Shown: piece after piece, positions 1-20,765 of the stretch
Position numbering within the stretch: position 1 is the stretch's first letter
How the letters are laid out: the number at the start of each line of letters is the position of its first letter
From: the human T2T-CHM13v2.0 reference genome, Homo sapiens
Length of the DNA stretch: 64,000 bases
Assembly (NCBI RefSeq): GCF_009914755.1
Contig: NC_060930.1
Reading direction: 5' to 3' (one strand)
The notes under the pieces: generated by a model
Told to the model about the DNA's origin: nothing
Databases searched by the model: none
What the model saw: the letters and a program-made list of their open reading frames with translations, nothing else
Program-made: the position numbers and the translations under genes

Positions 1-200
1 CTGCCACCTAGAATAACAGCCATCTAACCAAAATCTTGGTAGCATCATAACAGAGTAAAAGCAAATACAAGCAACAACAGCATCTGCAAACTGAGAACAG
101 AGTTCTTTCATGTGGATCAAATGCAAATAGGATACAGTTACCTACAAAACCTAAAGGAGAGGACATTTTATCATAAATTTTTTTGTATAAAATAGCAATA

Positions 201-462
201 TTTTTTTCTTTTTAGAAACAGGGTCTCACTCTATCAGCTAGGCTGGATTGCAGTGGTGTAATCATAGGTTAGTGCAACATCGAATTCCTGGGCTCGAGCT
301 ATCCTCCTGCCTCATCCTCCTGCCTCAGCCTCCTAAATAGCTGATAGAGAAGGAGGACTGGCTGTGTTGCCCAGGCTGGTCTCAAATTCCTGCCTGCAAG
401 CAATCCTCCTGCCTTGGCCTTCAAAACCACTGGGATTACAGGAGTGAGCCACCACACCCAGT
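201..462 (-). mobile_element. AluJ (internally deleted)
   Basis: Antisense Alu arms with J-type positions. Confidence 0.85.
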
Positions 463-1301
463 ACAAAATATTTTTAAATGTCCTACAGTCCATACAAGGT
501 TAGCAACATAAATCAAGCTATCCATCTTTTTTTTCCTAGTCCACCTTTCCATGTTGGTAATATTGTCAGCAACCTCTGCTTTCAAAGAAAAGTGAACCTG
601 GAAGCCTGTTGAGTCAGGAGTAAAAAGAAATAACCTAATTAAAGAGTTGTAGAGAAAGACTTTGAATCTTCTAGAAGTAAATTTTGCTACATGGATGCTA
701 CTTAGAGAAAATGGAGAAAATTGTTGATAACACTAACTACTATTAGTTCCAGTCTTTTGTTTTATTCTGCTCATTACTCCTCCCCCACGTTATAGCCATC
801 ATATAACACAGGTGCTTGACTAACTTGGAATTACAATGTTTTCCACGAGATATGTTTCATTCAAACTTTTAAAGATGTTTACCTTTTTGTTAGCTTGTAT
901 GAATTATTTTTATTTTATTTAAATGGACATAGATTATCCTGATAATACATTAGCACAGATAAAATAACAAAAAAAGAAACAAAATGAAAATCCCCCCTAT
1001 AATTTTGTCTCCCATTCTAAATAAATTTTACATGCCTATATAAGCCTTTTTTTCTTAACACAGATGGTTTTTTAAAATAATGCTACTCTATAATCTGCTT
1101 TTTTAAAAATTTAATACATCAGGAATACTTTTCAACGTAATACCAAGTACTTAATATTCCATTATATGGATACACACTCATTTATGTAGCCATTTACCCT
1201 ATAGATTAGCATTTAGATTGTTTCAAATTTGAACTACTGTATCAATTGGGCTATTAGTATCCACAATATGCAATTTTGTGCACTTGTTTAATAACTCTTA
1301 G

Positions 1302-1663
<362 letters not shown>

Positions 1664-3182
1664 AAAGGGTTTTAAGTTTACAAATTTTGACACATCATGC
1701 CCACTTAACCTCCAGAAATGTACCAATTCACAATTCCACCAAAATTTATGAAAAGGTGCTCATTTCCCCACCCCATTCTCTTTACTGAATGTATGCTTTG
1801 TAATCATTACCAGTCTGAGAGGTAAAGATTGATATTTCATTGTTGCTTGACAGATTATCATGTTTATTGCAATTTTAGCCTTCTTTCAGGAATTGCCTGT
1901 TTGAATTCTTTAGACATTTTCCATTAGTTGTGTCTACTTTTTCTTATTGATTTATAAGACATCTTCTTATAATAAAGTTATTAACAGTTTGTCTGCATAT
2001 GTTGCAAATATATTTTCCCAGTTTGCTATTTGTCTCTTACTAAATTTATTATAATGATTTTCAACTAGGCATATTGAATGCTGGGAATAAGTTAGGTTCA
2101 CCCGCCACCACCTCCACCAGAATCATATATCAGAATGCCTTCTCAGCTTTGCAACCCCTGATGCATATTTCTAAGGTACATATGCTACTCCTTTCCTAAG
2201 AATGACAACTACAAATTACTTACATTGGATATTCATTGTTTTTGTGTGACCCAATATGTACACCCAATCTGTATTCTTTACCGGTCAAAGCCATTAGCCC
2301 AGTCTCTCTTCACATAGCCATGTTTCAAGGCCATATCCCACACTTTTAGTCATACATTCAAGCATATAGTGATAAGAGGGCCAAACCATGGTGGTTCTGC
2401 CCGTTTTTCCTGGCTTGGCTATACCAAGAAAAGTTTTGTCACTCTTAATTGAGTATTGTCTGAGTTGTGATTTCCTTCACTTACTACTCTAACATATCTG
2501 TCTTCATGGATATCAACAAACTTTGGTCCAAGAAATCTGGTAATAAATTCCAAGTGTTAATGGGGAATGCCTTTTCACCCTGCTCTCATATTCCTATTAC
2601 TGAAGAGCAATCTGGTTTCAGGGTAGGAGAAGATAAAAAGAGCCTGAGGGGAAATAAACTCACCATGATAGAGGAAAGAAACCAGCTGTATTTCAAGGAC
2701 TTACTTTTAAAAACCCAAGACATCAGAAAAATACTTGGTTCTAGGCAAGCATTTAGTTGATTCCAGAAGCTATCTCCTACCAGCCATCCCGATGACCCAG
2801 GAATGCTTCTTAAGGAAAATGGTTATATGTGAATAAATGCTTAAAAACTTTCCAGTAAATGAACCATAATTTTATGGACTCAGCAACTTTGCAGTAGGAC
2901 TCACCTGCCTGTGAACCATACAAAGATAAATGACCCCCCTCTGATCTTGGAGAAACTGTCTTGAACCTGAAGAATCCATACACACTATACACAAAAGCAA
3001 ATGTGAATAACAACTGAGGGAAAACATTGACTTCTGTAACATCACTTATATATCTGTTCCCTCTTTCTCATCCTTGTCGGTTTCTCCTCTTTTTGTGGCC
3101 TGTGAATGTTAAAATTCAATTATTTCTGGCTGCTTTACAAGTTTTTTTTTTTACTTATGTTATCCTTTCTGCCTAAACTATT

Positions 3183-4476
<1,294 letters not shown>

Positions 4477-4895
4477 CCTGCCTAAATTATTTCATGCACT
4501 CTCATAGCGTTGGTTACCATCTGCATTCATAACTCTCAGATATATGTGTTCAACCTAGATCTTCTTTCCAGCTCATGTATCTCATAGCTTGTGTGGTTCT
4601 CTTTAATGTAACTCAGGCATCTTGAAAATCAACATGTTAAAAACCTATCTCCCCCCCTCCCACAATCTGTTCTTCTTTCATATTTCCCTATTTCCACACA
4701 TGCCAAAAGTGATCAATGACATTTTATAATATTCTCCCTTCCAACACACATCCAATTCATGACCACCTCCTATTAATTCTGCTTGCAAAATATATCTTGA
4801 TTTTTTCCACTTCCCTCAGCTCTACTGCATATAATTTAACCGAAAATTCCATCATTTCTCTCCCACCTTAAACACTTCAAACTTCAATCACCTCA

Positions 4896-5194
<299 letters not shown>

Positions 5195-5829
5195 TCAATC
5201 ACCCCTTAACTGATCTCTCTGCATCCATTTATTTCCTCCTACAATTTATTCTCACACAGTACTTTGAGTATCTTTTAAAATTGCATGTCAGATGATGGCA
5301 TTTCTCATCTTAAAATCTCTTAATATTTCTAGTACTCTCAGGAAGCTCCAAAGCCTCCACATCTAGAAGCTTAGAACATTGTAAATCTTTCTTCTTGCCT
5401 AATGAAAGTGTGATCTAGAATGCCTATCATTCCTTTACCACTTCTGCTTTTAGTATACAGGGAAGCTAATCAGGACCTCCTTCTGTTTCTCCAAAGAGCC
5501 AAGCTTCCCTTGACTCAGGGCTTTTGCACATAACTTTCTCCCTCTTGGAATACTCTTTCACAACCTCTGACTAGAGCTAATACCCACTTTACCTTAAATG
5601 TATGACTTAGGAAAACTCTGACTCCAATAACAAGGTTAGATCCCCGTTACACACATGTTCACGGTGTCTTGTACTTTTTTGTCATAGTATTTGTATCATT
5701 TAGCATTAGATATGATTACATATTACAGAAAAACCCAAAAGAAAAGTGCCTAAAGCAAAATAGAAGCTTTTTATTTTTCACTTCCTTAAAGGATGTCAGG
5801 ATGTGGACAGACCAAAGTTAGTAGAGATA

Positions 5830-6190
5830 AAAGAGCCAGTAAAAGGTAAGCACGTAATAACAGACCTTTAAGATACATAAAGCAATATTTGACAGACTAA
5901 GAAAAAAATTAGACAAATTCAAGATTATTGTTATAGAATTTAATACCCCTATTATATAATTAATATAATAAATAGGCAAAGATAAATTATAATATAGAAG
6001 AGATGTATTACACTGTAAATCATTTGACCTGGTGGAGGCCAAATTCATGGGCATGAAACAATCACAAAGATCTATAATTTTATGGGCTGTTAAATAACTC
6101 TTAATAAATTTCAAATAGGAAATAATATAGAACTTGACCACAAGGGGATTAAATGGGAAATCAATAACAATGAAATATCTATAAAAAATT
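5830..6190 (+). mobile_element. Old L1M ORF2 fragment (continues at ~10650-11440)
   Basis: Degenerate A-rich endonuclease-region sequence that resumes collinearly after the FLAM and L1PA insertions. Confidence 0.6.
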
Positions 6191-6194
6191 TTAA

Positions 6195-10637
<4,443 letters not shown>

Positions 10638-10649
10638 TTTCCAAACTAA

Positions 10650-11440
10650 ATAATAGTTAAAACACAACATACTAAGATGTATGGGATGCAATTAAAGCAA
10701 GCTTTAAAGGAAAATAAATACTTTAATTAGAAGAAGAAATTGCAATCAATATTCTAAGCTCCTAATTTAAAGAGCTGGAAAAAAACAGTAAATTAGAATA
10801 AAAGTAAACAGAAGAAATAAAATAATGCAGATAAGAGCAGAAATAAAGGAAAAGAGAAAACCGACAGTTGAGTAATTCAGCAAAGCCGTCATTTGGTTCT
10901 TTGAAAATAGTAAGAAAATTTATAAATCCTGACATATTCTAATAAAGAAAAAAATAGAGAATAAAAGGATATTATTACAGAATCTATAGGCATTAAAAGG
11001 ATAGTAAGGAAGTATTATAAACAGTTTTATGCTAGAAGATTTGATGAATTAGGTATAATAGACCAATTCCTTAGAAAATACAACTTATCAAAACTGAAAC
11101 AAGAAGAAATGTAAAATTTGAATAGCCTTGAAAGAAATTAAGTTTATAATTTCTTAATCTTCTAACAAATAGCTCTATGCTTAGACAGCTTCATTGCCAA
11201 ATCCTATGAAATATTTAAGGAAGAAATATTACCAGTGTTACACTCAAACACTTTCAGAATAAAGAGAAGGTAACTCTTCTCAATTCATTTTATGATGTCA
11301 CCATAAATCTGATACCAAAACCTACCGAGGACTTTTCAAGAAAAGTAAATTATAGTCTAATATTCCTCATTAACATACATGCACAAATCCTTTAGTAATG
11401 TATCAAATCAAATTCAACAAGATATAAAGAGGATAATACA
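10650..11440 (+). mobile_element. Old L1M ORF2 fragment
   Basis: Degenerate ORF2 motifs (TGGGATGCA, CTGATACCAAAACC). Confidence 0.65.
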
Positions 11441-14400
11441 TCTTTCATGTGCATGTACCCAATACCAGTGTCAAAATATGTGAGGCAAAACCTGATAGAG
11501 TTGTGAAGAAAAATAAACAACTTCGGTATTAGAGACTTCAACACTAATTTCAGTAATTGATAGGTCAAGCATTCAGAAAATCAGTAAGAGTGTAGTTGAT
11601 CTAAAGAACACTCTCAGTTACCTTGATCTAACGGTCATAAAATATTTCAACCAACAACAGCTGAATACACTGCTTTCTCAAGCTCATGTGGAACATTCAC
11701 CAAGATAGACCACATTCTGGACTATAAACATACCTTAACAAATCTAAAAGAATAGAAATCATACAAAGAATGTCCTCAGACCACAATACAATTAAATTAG
11801 AAATCAACAATGGAAAGATAATTGGGAAAACCAGAAACGTTTGGAGATTAAACAACATATTTCTAAACAACATATGGGTCAAAGAGAAGTCTCAAGAGAA
11901 ATTTTAAAATATTTTGAACTAAAAAATGCAACTTATCAAAGTTTGTGGGATGCAGCAAAAGCAGTGAGGTTTCCATAGTATTAAAAGTAACATGTTAGAA
12001 AAGAAAAAAAGGTGGAAAATTATTAAGCTTCACCTTAGGAAACTGGAGAAAGAAGAGCAGTGTAAACCCAAAGGAAGCAGAAGAAAAGAAATAATAAAAA
12101 TCAGAGCAGAAATCAGTGAAACTGAAAACTGGAAAACAACAGAGAAAGTCAATATAACCAAAAGCTGCTTCTTTGAAAACATCAATAAAATTGAAATCTC
12201 TATCTAGGCTAAGAAAAAAAGAAAGAAGATGCAAATTACTAACATCAGAAATGAAAGAATGGCCATCACTACTACTCCCATGAATGTTAAAAGAATACTA
12301 TATGAATGCTCTGAACAAATTTATGCCCACCAATATAATAAAGTAGGTAAAATGGGCTAATTTCCTAAAATATACTTATTACCAAAATTCATACAAGGAA
12401 GATTAGAAAATATGAATAGAATTATATCTATTAAAGAAACTGAATCCATAATTCATTAACTTCTAAAATGTAATGCACCTTGTCCAGATGGTTTCATCTG
12501 TGAATTCTACCAATATTTAAGGAAGAAAGGATACAAATTCTCACAATCTCTTCCAGAAAATAGAAGTACAGAGAACACTTTCTAACTCATTTCATGAGGC
12601 CACTATTACTCCAATACCAAAATCAGATAAAGATATTATAAGAAAGGAAAACTACACACTAAAATCTCTCATAAAATAAATGTTAAAATCCTCAATAAAA
12701 TATACCAAATTGAATTCAATAATGTATAAAAATAATTAAACATCAAGACCAAGTGGGATTTATTCTAGTTATGCAAGGCTGGTTCAAAAATCATTCCAAA
12801 TAATTCAAAAAACCACATTTAAAAGTCAGTCAGTATAATCCATCACATCAACAGGCTAAAGAAGAAAAATATGATCTTATCAACTGATGCAGAAAAATCA
12901 TTTGGCAAAAATGTAACACCCATTCATAATACAAACTCTCAGCACACAAAGGATAAAGGGAACTTTTGTAACTTGATAAAGAATATCTAAAATTGCCTAC
13001 AGCAGACATCAGTCTTAAGATGACTAACTGAACATTTTCTCTTTAAAATCATAAATAAGGCAAAGTTACCCTGCCCCACCACTCCTAGTTAGCATCATAC
13101 TGGAATTCCTAACAAGTGCAATAAGATAAGAAAAGGAAATAAGTGTATTTAGACTGGAAAGGAAAAAATATAACTGTCTTTATTCACAGATAACATGATT
13201 ATCTATGTGGAAAATCCCAAAGGGTTATCAACAACAAAACTCCTAGAACTAATAAGAGACCATAGGAAGTTTACAGGATACAAGGATAATATCCAAAAGT
13301 TAATTGCTTTATCAATAATGAACAACTTGAAATGGAAATTTAAAAAGCAATACTATTTACAATAGCACCAAAGAAAATGAAATACTTAGGTATAAATCTA
13401 GCAAATTATGCACAGAATCCATACGTGAAAATCTGTAAAACTCTAATGAAATAAATCAAAGGAGATATAAATAAATGGAGAGATATGATATTCTATGTGC
13501 ACTGATTAGAAGACTAAATATTGTTAACATGCCAATTCTTCCCAATTTGGTGTACACATTCAATGCAATCTCAATAAAATTCCAGCAAGCTATTTTGTAA
13601 ATATCAACCAACTGATTCTAAAGTTCATATGAAAATGTAAGAGATTTAGAATAGCTAACACAATACCAAAGAAGAACACAGTTGGAGAATTCACACTACT
13701 TGATTTCAAGACTTAATATAAAGCTACAGTAGTTAAGACCTTATTATACTGGGGAAAGAATAGACACATAGAACGATGGAAAGAATGTAGAGCCCAGAAA
13801 TTGACCAACACATATGTAGTCAACTTATCTTTGACAAAGAAGCAAAGAAAATTCAATGGAGAAAGAAGAGCCTTTTCAACAAATAGTCTAGAACAATTAG
13901 ATGTCCATGCAAAAACAAAAAAAACAAAACAAAACCTGGAGAGAAAAATTACATCTTTCACAAAAATTAACTCAAATTGCATTATGGACCTAAATGTAGG
14001 ATGCAAAACATAAAACTTCTGTATGAAAATATCAGCAAAAATCTAGGTGACCTTCATTATAGTGATGAGTGTTTAGATACAACATCAAAAGCACAATCTA
14101 TGAAAGAAAAAAATTGATGTCATTAAAATTAAAAACTTCTGCTCTGTGAAAGACTATTTATTTGCAGAATTAAAAGACAAACTACAGAACTGAAGAAAAT
14201 ATTTGCAAACACATATCTGATAAAGGGCTTGTATCCAAAATATACAAAGAACTCTTAAAACTCAACAATAACAACAACAGTAAAACAAACAACTCGATTG
14301 AAAAAATAATCAAAAGATCTGGACACCTCATCAAAGAAGATCTGCAGATGGGAAATAAGGATATGAGATGCTCAACATCATTTGTCATTAAGAACTGCAA

Positions 14401-14542
14401 ATTAAAATAACAATGACATACCACTACACATTTATGAGAATGGCTAAATTTCAAAAGAAAACCTAACAATTCAGAAATCATGCTCCTATTTATTTACCCA
14501 ACTGATTTGAAAATGTATATCCATACCAAAACCTCCACATGG

Positions 14543-15683
14543 TTCTTCCCACCATTTTGTAGTCTGTGGAGGCCTACTGGGAAAAGGACTTCTAAAAGAT
14601 AAATCTGTTTGGAAGGCTGTTTTCCAAGGCCACTTTTGATGGCTGTAAGTGGGATCTCTGGAACCAAAGGGAGCACATGGCTCTTCTTAAAACTGAAGGT
14701 ATTTGTGTCCAAGATGAAACTGAATTCTGTTTGGCCAAGAGATGTGCTTCTGTGTACGAAGGAAAGAACACAGTGGCTTCTGCCAGCAAACCAAACAAAA
14801 CCAGAGTAATCTGGAAAAGGTAACTTGTGCCCATGAAAAAAGTGACATCGTTCATAATAAATTCCAAAACAACTTTCCTGCTAAGGCCATTGAACACAAA
14901 ATCAATGTGATACTTTTAGGTAATTAGATAGATATTAGCAGCTGGGAGGGGGTAAGAAAAGAGAACCAAAAGGCTGTCACTAAGGCAGCCCATGGCCCAC
15001 CTGAGTTCAGCCCCAGAACTGCCGTAACTCCACCCTAACAGTTGGAGTTTGTGGTAAAGTCTGTGGGCCAACACATCCTGGAGAAGGAGAAAGTAGGGCA
15101 CAGGTGGAAATTACTTAAAGTGGCACATGCCCAGTAACATGGAACTGTGTCCTCAAGTTCACCCCATGCTCATTATACCATCATTATAATAAAATTTACA
15201 TGTGTTTTTACAGCCGCCCACCATGGGCTTTTGTTAACAAAATATGAGTAAGAGCATGCACAATTTAATTTTAGCTACATGTCCATATACTGACAATCAA
15301 ATGACATCATCTTGCTACTCTGACAGAGGCCAAACCCTAACTCCTTCCCACAAAAGCTGCATCAAAGCCCTCTGAGTTTTGTAAAAAGGGACTGATTTCA
15401 CTTCGCAGAAATCAGCCCACTCTCTCTCTGAGAGTCTATTACTGTTCTTCAGTAAACTCTGCTTTGAGCTTGCATTTTGGTGTTAGTTTGCAATTCTTTG
15501 CTCAGTATCACAGGAACCAAGATTACCGGTCCAGAGCTCCAGCTCTGTTGATCTTCTAGGTTAAAGAATCCATTCCAACACAGAATTCCCAGTAACAATA
15601 CTGTACCCCTCAAGGACTTAAACTAATGAAAAGTAAATAAATAAGTGGATTTGTTCTCTTGTAAAACAAAACAAAATAAAAAA
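14543..15683 (+). pseudogene. RPL35AP18: RPL35A processed pseudogene interrupted by an LTR (probably RPL35AP18; number from memory)
   Basis: From CTG 14605 (former ATG) reads [31 protein letters not shown]...KPNKTRVIW against RPL35A [31 protein letters not shown]...KPNKTRVIW. Frameshift near 14815, then KVTCAH...FPAKAIEHKINVI. After the LTR: LYPSRT* (15601-15621), AATAAA 15636-15641, A-tail. Degraded TSD 14528-14539 / 15681-15692. Confidence 0.92.
14914..15597 (+). mobile_element. Solo ERV LTR (family not assigned) inside the RPL35A retrocopy
   Basis: ~684 bp ending ...GTAACA, flanked by ATAC(T) duplication (14910-14914 / 15598-15602) that splits the RPL35A CDS exactly. Confidence 0.85.
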
Positions 15684-15980
15684 TCCTGCACAGAGATGTT
15701 TATACCAGCTTTCTTCATAATCACCAAAAATTGGAAGAAACCAAGATGTCCTTTAATAAGTGAATGGATAAAATAATTTTGGCACATCCATACAGTGGGA
15801 TATTATTCAGCAATAAAAAAAAATGAGCTGTCAAGCCATAAAAAGACATGAATAAAACTTAAATGCATAAATGAATATTGCTAAGTGAAAGAAACTAGTC
15901 TAAAAAGGCTACATAATATGTGATTCTAATTATCTAACATTTCTAAAAAGGCAAAGCTCTAGAGACAGTAAAAAGATTGG

Positions 15981-18900
15981 ATACCTTCAGGTACTGGAAA
16001 ACCTGAGGTTTTGGCACTGGATCAGAACCCCAGCATACTGCAATAGCCCTGTGGAAAAGTGGCCAGAGTCTTTGTTACATGGGTCCCTGATCTCACATTT
16101 CCTCACTGGACAGGTTCTCCTGGCCTGGGTCTCCAGCCACCCCACACTGGACTATCGAGCCAGTAGTAGCTCTTCAGCTTCCTGAGACAGAGCTCCCAAT
16201 GGAAGGGGCAGGTTGCCATCTTTGCTGTCTTCCAGCCCTCACCCTTGCTGTGTCCAGGCTCTGGAGCATCCATGAAACCAGGTGTTGGTCCAGACCCCCA
16301 GAGGAGCACCTACCTCATGTAAAAGTGTCTTGTCTGTTCTCCATGAAGGTCCTGGTCCTTACTTCTCACTGGGCAGGGCCGCCTGACCTGGGACTCCAGT
16401 ACAACCACCATGCCCCCACTTGACTGCTTCAATCAGGGATAGCCTAGCAGTTAAAGGAACACATACAAGCAGAGATGAGAATGAACAAATGCAAGAACTC
16501 CAACAACTCAAATGACCAGGGTGTCTTATGTTCTCCAAATGACTACGCTAATTCTCCAACAAGGATTCTTAACTAGACTGAGTCGGCTGAAATGACAGAA
16601 ATAGAATTCAGAATACAGATAGAAACAAAGATCATAAAGGCTCAGGGGAAAAGCAAAACCCAATTTAAGGAAACTAAGAATTACAAGAAAACAATACAGG
16701 AGCTGATAGACAAAATAACAGCTATAAAAAGGAACCTAATTGATCCAATAGAGCTGAAAAATACACTACAAGAATTTCACCATGCATTTGTAAGTATTAA
16801 CAGCAGTAGACCAAGCTGAGGAAAGAATCTTGGAACTTGAAGATTGACTCTCTCGAATAAGACAGTCAGACAAAAATAAAGAAAAAAGAATGAAAGGGAA
16901 TGAACCAACCCTCTGAGAAATATGGGACTAGGTAAAGAGGCCAAATCTACAAATCACTGGCATCACTGAAAGAGATGACGAAAAAGCAAACAACTTGGAA
17001 AACATATTTCAGGATATTGTCCATGAAAATTTCCACAACCTCATTAGGCCAACAGCCAAATTCAGGAAATACAGAGAATGCCTGCAAGATTCTACACAAT
17101 AAGATCATCCCAAGACACATAATCATCAGATTTTCCAAAGATAAAATAAAAGAAAGAATGTTGATCAGGAAATACAGCAAACTCCTGCAAGATTCTACAC
17201 AAGAGGATCATCCCAAGACACATAATCATCAAATTTTCCAAGGATAAAATAAAAGAAAGAATGTTAAAGGCAGCCAGCAAGAAAGGGCATGTCACCTGCA
17301 AAGAAAACCCCATCAGGCTAACAGCGGACCTCTCCGCAGAAATCCTATGAGCCAGAAGCGATTGGGGGCCTATATTCAACATTCTTAAAGAAAAATATCT
17401 TCAAACAAGAATTTTGTATGCAACAAAACTAAGCTTTGTTAGTGAAGGAGAAATATGATCCTTTTCAGGTAAGCAAATACTGAAGGATTTTATTACCATC
17501 AGCCCTGTCTTACAAGAGCTCTTGAAAGGAGCTCTGAATATGGAACGGAAAGACTATTATCAGCCAATACAAAAACACACTTAAGACCACTGATACTATA
17601 AAGCAACCACAGACCAGTGCTACTATAAAATAACCACATAAACAAGCCAGCATAATAACCAGCTAACAACACAATGACAGGATCAAGTCCATACATATCA
17701 ATACCAACTTTGAATGTAAACAGGCTAAATGCCTCATTTAAAAGGCACAGAGTGGCAATTTGGATAAAAAAGCAAGACTTGGTGGTATGCTGTCTTCAAG
17801 AGACCACACACAATAACACCCATAGGCTCAAAATAAAGGGATGGAGAAAAAGCTACCAAGCAAATGGAAATCAGAAAAAAAGCAGGAGTTACAATTCTAA
17901 TTTCAGACAAAACAGACTTTAAACCACCAAAGATCAAAAAGGATGAAGGGTATTATATCATGGTAAAGGGTTCAATTCAACAAGAAGACCTCACTATCCT
18001 AAGTGTATACACACCCAACACAGAACACTTACTTTCAAAAAGCAAGTTCTTAGAGGCCTACAAAGAAACTTAGACTTTCACACAATTAATAGTGACAGAC
18101 TTCAACACTCCATTGGCAGTATAAGACAGATCATCAAGGCAGAAAATTAATAAAGATATTCAGGACCTGAACTCAATATTGGACCAAATGGATCTGATAG
18201 ACTTCTACAGAAGTCTCCAGCCCCAAACAACAGAATGGGCATTCCTCTTTTTGCCACATGGCACATACTCTAAAATCAATCACATAATTGGACATGAGAC
18301 AATCCTCAGCAAATACAAAAGAACTGAAATCATATCAAATGCACTCACAGATCACAGCACAGTAAAAATAAAAATCAAGACAAAAAAATTGCTCAAAACC
18401 ATGTAATTATGTGGAAATTAAACAATCTTCTCTTGAAAGACTTCTGGGTAAATAATGAAATTAAGGCAGAGATCTGTAAGTTTTTTGAAACTGATGAGAA
18501 CAAAGATACAATATGCCAGAATCTCTGAGACGCAGCTAAGACAGTGTTAAGAAGAAAATTCATAATATGAAAGGCCCACATCAAAAAGGGATAACGATCT
18601 CCAATTAATAACCTAACATCAAAGAACTGGAGAAGCAAGAGCAAACCAACCCCAAAGCTAGCAGAAGACAAGAAATAACCAAAATCAGAGCTGAATTCAA
18701 AGAGATCCAGATACAAAAAAATTCAAAACATCAACAGATCCAGTAATTGGCTTGTTTAAAAAATTGAAAAGATAGATAGGCTGCTAGCTAGACTAATAAA
18801 AAAAAAAGGAGAGAAGATCCAAATAAACACAATCAGAAATGACAAATGGGATGTTACCACTGACTCCGCAGAAATACAAAGAACCATCAGAGACTACTAC

Positions 18901-20765
18901 GAACACCTCCATGCACACAAAGTAGAAAACCTGGAAGAGATGGATAAATTCCTGAACACATACAACCTTCCAAGACTGAACCAGAAAGAAATTGATTTTC
19001 TGGACAGACCAATAACAAGCTCTGTAACTGAATCAGTAATAAATAGCCTACCAACAAATAGAAGCCCAGGACCAGACAGATTCACAGGCATATTCTACTA
19101 GATGTACAAAGAAGAGGTGGTATCATTCCTATTGAAACTATACCAAAAAATTGAGGAGAAGGGACTCTTCCCAAACTCATTCTATGAGGTCAGCATTAAC
19201 CTGATACCAAAACTTGGCAGAGACACAACAAAAAAAGAAAACTTCAGGCCAATATCCTTGAGGAACACTGATGCAAAAATCCTCAACAAAATACTTGCAA
19301 ACTGAATCCAGCATCACAATTGTACTACAGGGCTACAGTAAACAAAACAGCATGGCACTGGTACAAAAACAGACACATAGACCAATGAAACAGAATAGAG
19401 AGCCCATAAATAAGGCCACACACCTACAATCATCTGATCTTTGACAAAGCTGACAAAAACAAGCAATGGAGAAAGGACTCCCTATTCAATAATTAATGCT
19501 GGGATAATTGGCTAGCCATATGTAGAAGATTGAAACTGGATCCCTTTCTTATACCACATACAAAAACCAACTCAAGATAGATTAAAGATTTAAATGTAAA
19601 ACCCGAAACTATAAAAACCCTGTAAGATAACCTAGACAATACCATTCTGGACATAGAAACTGCCAAAGATTACATGACAAAGATGCCAAAAGCAATTGCA
19701 ACAAATGCAAAAATTGACAAATGGGATGTAATTAAACTTAAGACCTTCTGCACAGCAAAAGAAACTATCAACAGAATAAATGGACAACCTACAGAATGGG
19801 AGAAAATATTAACAAACTATGCATCTGACAAAGGTCTAATATCCCACATCTATAAGGCACTTAAACAAATTTACAAGAAAAAACCAAGCCCTTTAAAAAT
19901 TGGGCAAAGAACATAAACAGACACTTTTCAAAGAAGACATACATGTGGTCAATAAGCATATGAAAAAAATGCAATATCACCAAGCATTAGAGATATGCAA
20001 ATCAAAACCACAATGACATACCATCTCACACCAGTCAGAATGGCTATTGGTAAAAAGTCAAAAAATAACAGATGCTGGTGAGGTTGCAGAGAAAATGGAA
20101 TGTTTATACACTGTTAGTTGGAGTGTAAATTAGTTTGACCATTGTGGAAAGCAGTGTGGCAATTCCTCAAAGAGCTAAAAACAGAACTACCATTCAACCC
20201 AGCAATCCCAATGCTGAGTATATACCCAAAGGAACGTAAATAATTCTACCATGAAGACACGTGGACACACATGTTCATTACAGCACTATTTACAATAGCA
20301 AAAACATGGAATCAACCTAAATGCCCATCAGTGGTAGAATGGGTAAAGAAAATGTGGTACACATATGCTATGGAATACTACACAACCATGAAAAATAACA
20401 AGATCATGTTCTTTGCAGGAACGTCGATGGAACTGGAGGCCATCATCCTTAACAAACTATTACAGGAACAGAACTGCATGTTCTCACTTATAAGTGGGAG
20501 CTAAATGATGAGAAAACGTGGACACAAAGTGGAGAACAACACACTGGGTTCTACTTGAAGTTGAAGGTGGGAGGAGGGAGAGGAACAGAAAAAAGCAACC
20601 AATGGGTACGAGGCTTAGTATTTGGGTTATGAAATGGTCTGTACAGCAAATGATGTGAGTTTGCCTATGTGACAGGCCTTCACATGTACCCCTAAACCTG
20701 TAGTAAAAGTTAAAAATAATAAATAAATAATATAAAAATAAGTAAATAAAAATAAAAATTAAAAA
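15981..20765 (+). mobile_element. L1PREC2/L1PA13-15-like LINE-1: partial 5' UTR, ORF1, internally deleted ORF2, 3' UTR, A-tail
   Basis: ORF1-like frames 16592-17580; ORF2 start MTGSSPYISIPTLNVN at 17674; older-L1PA-type 3' end; A-tail ~20712-20765. Confidence 0.88.
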
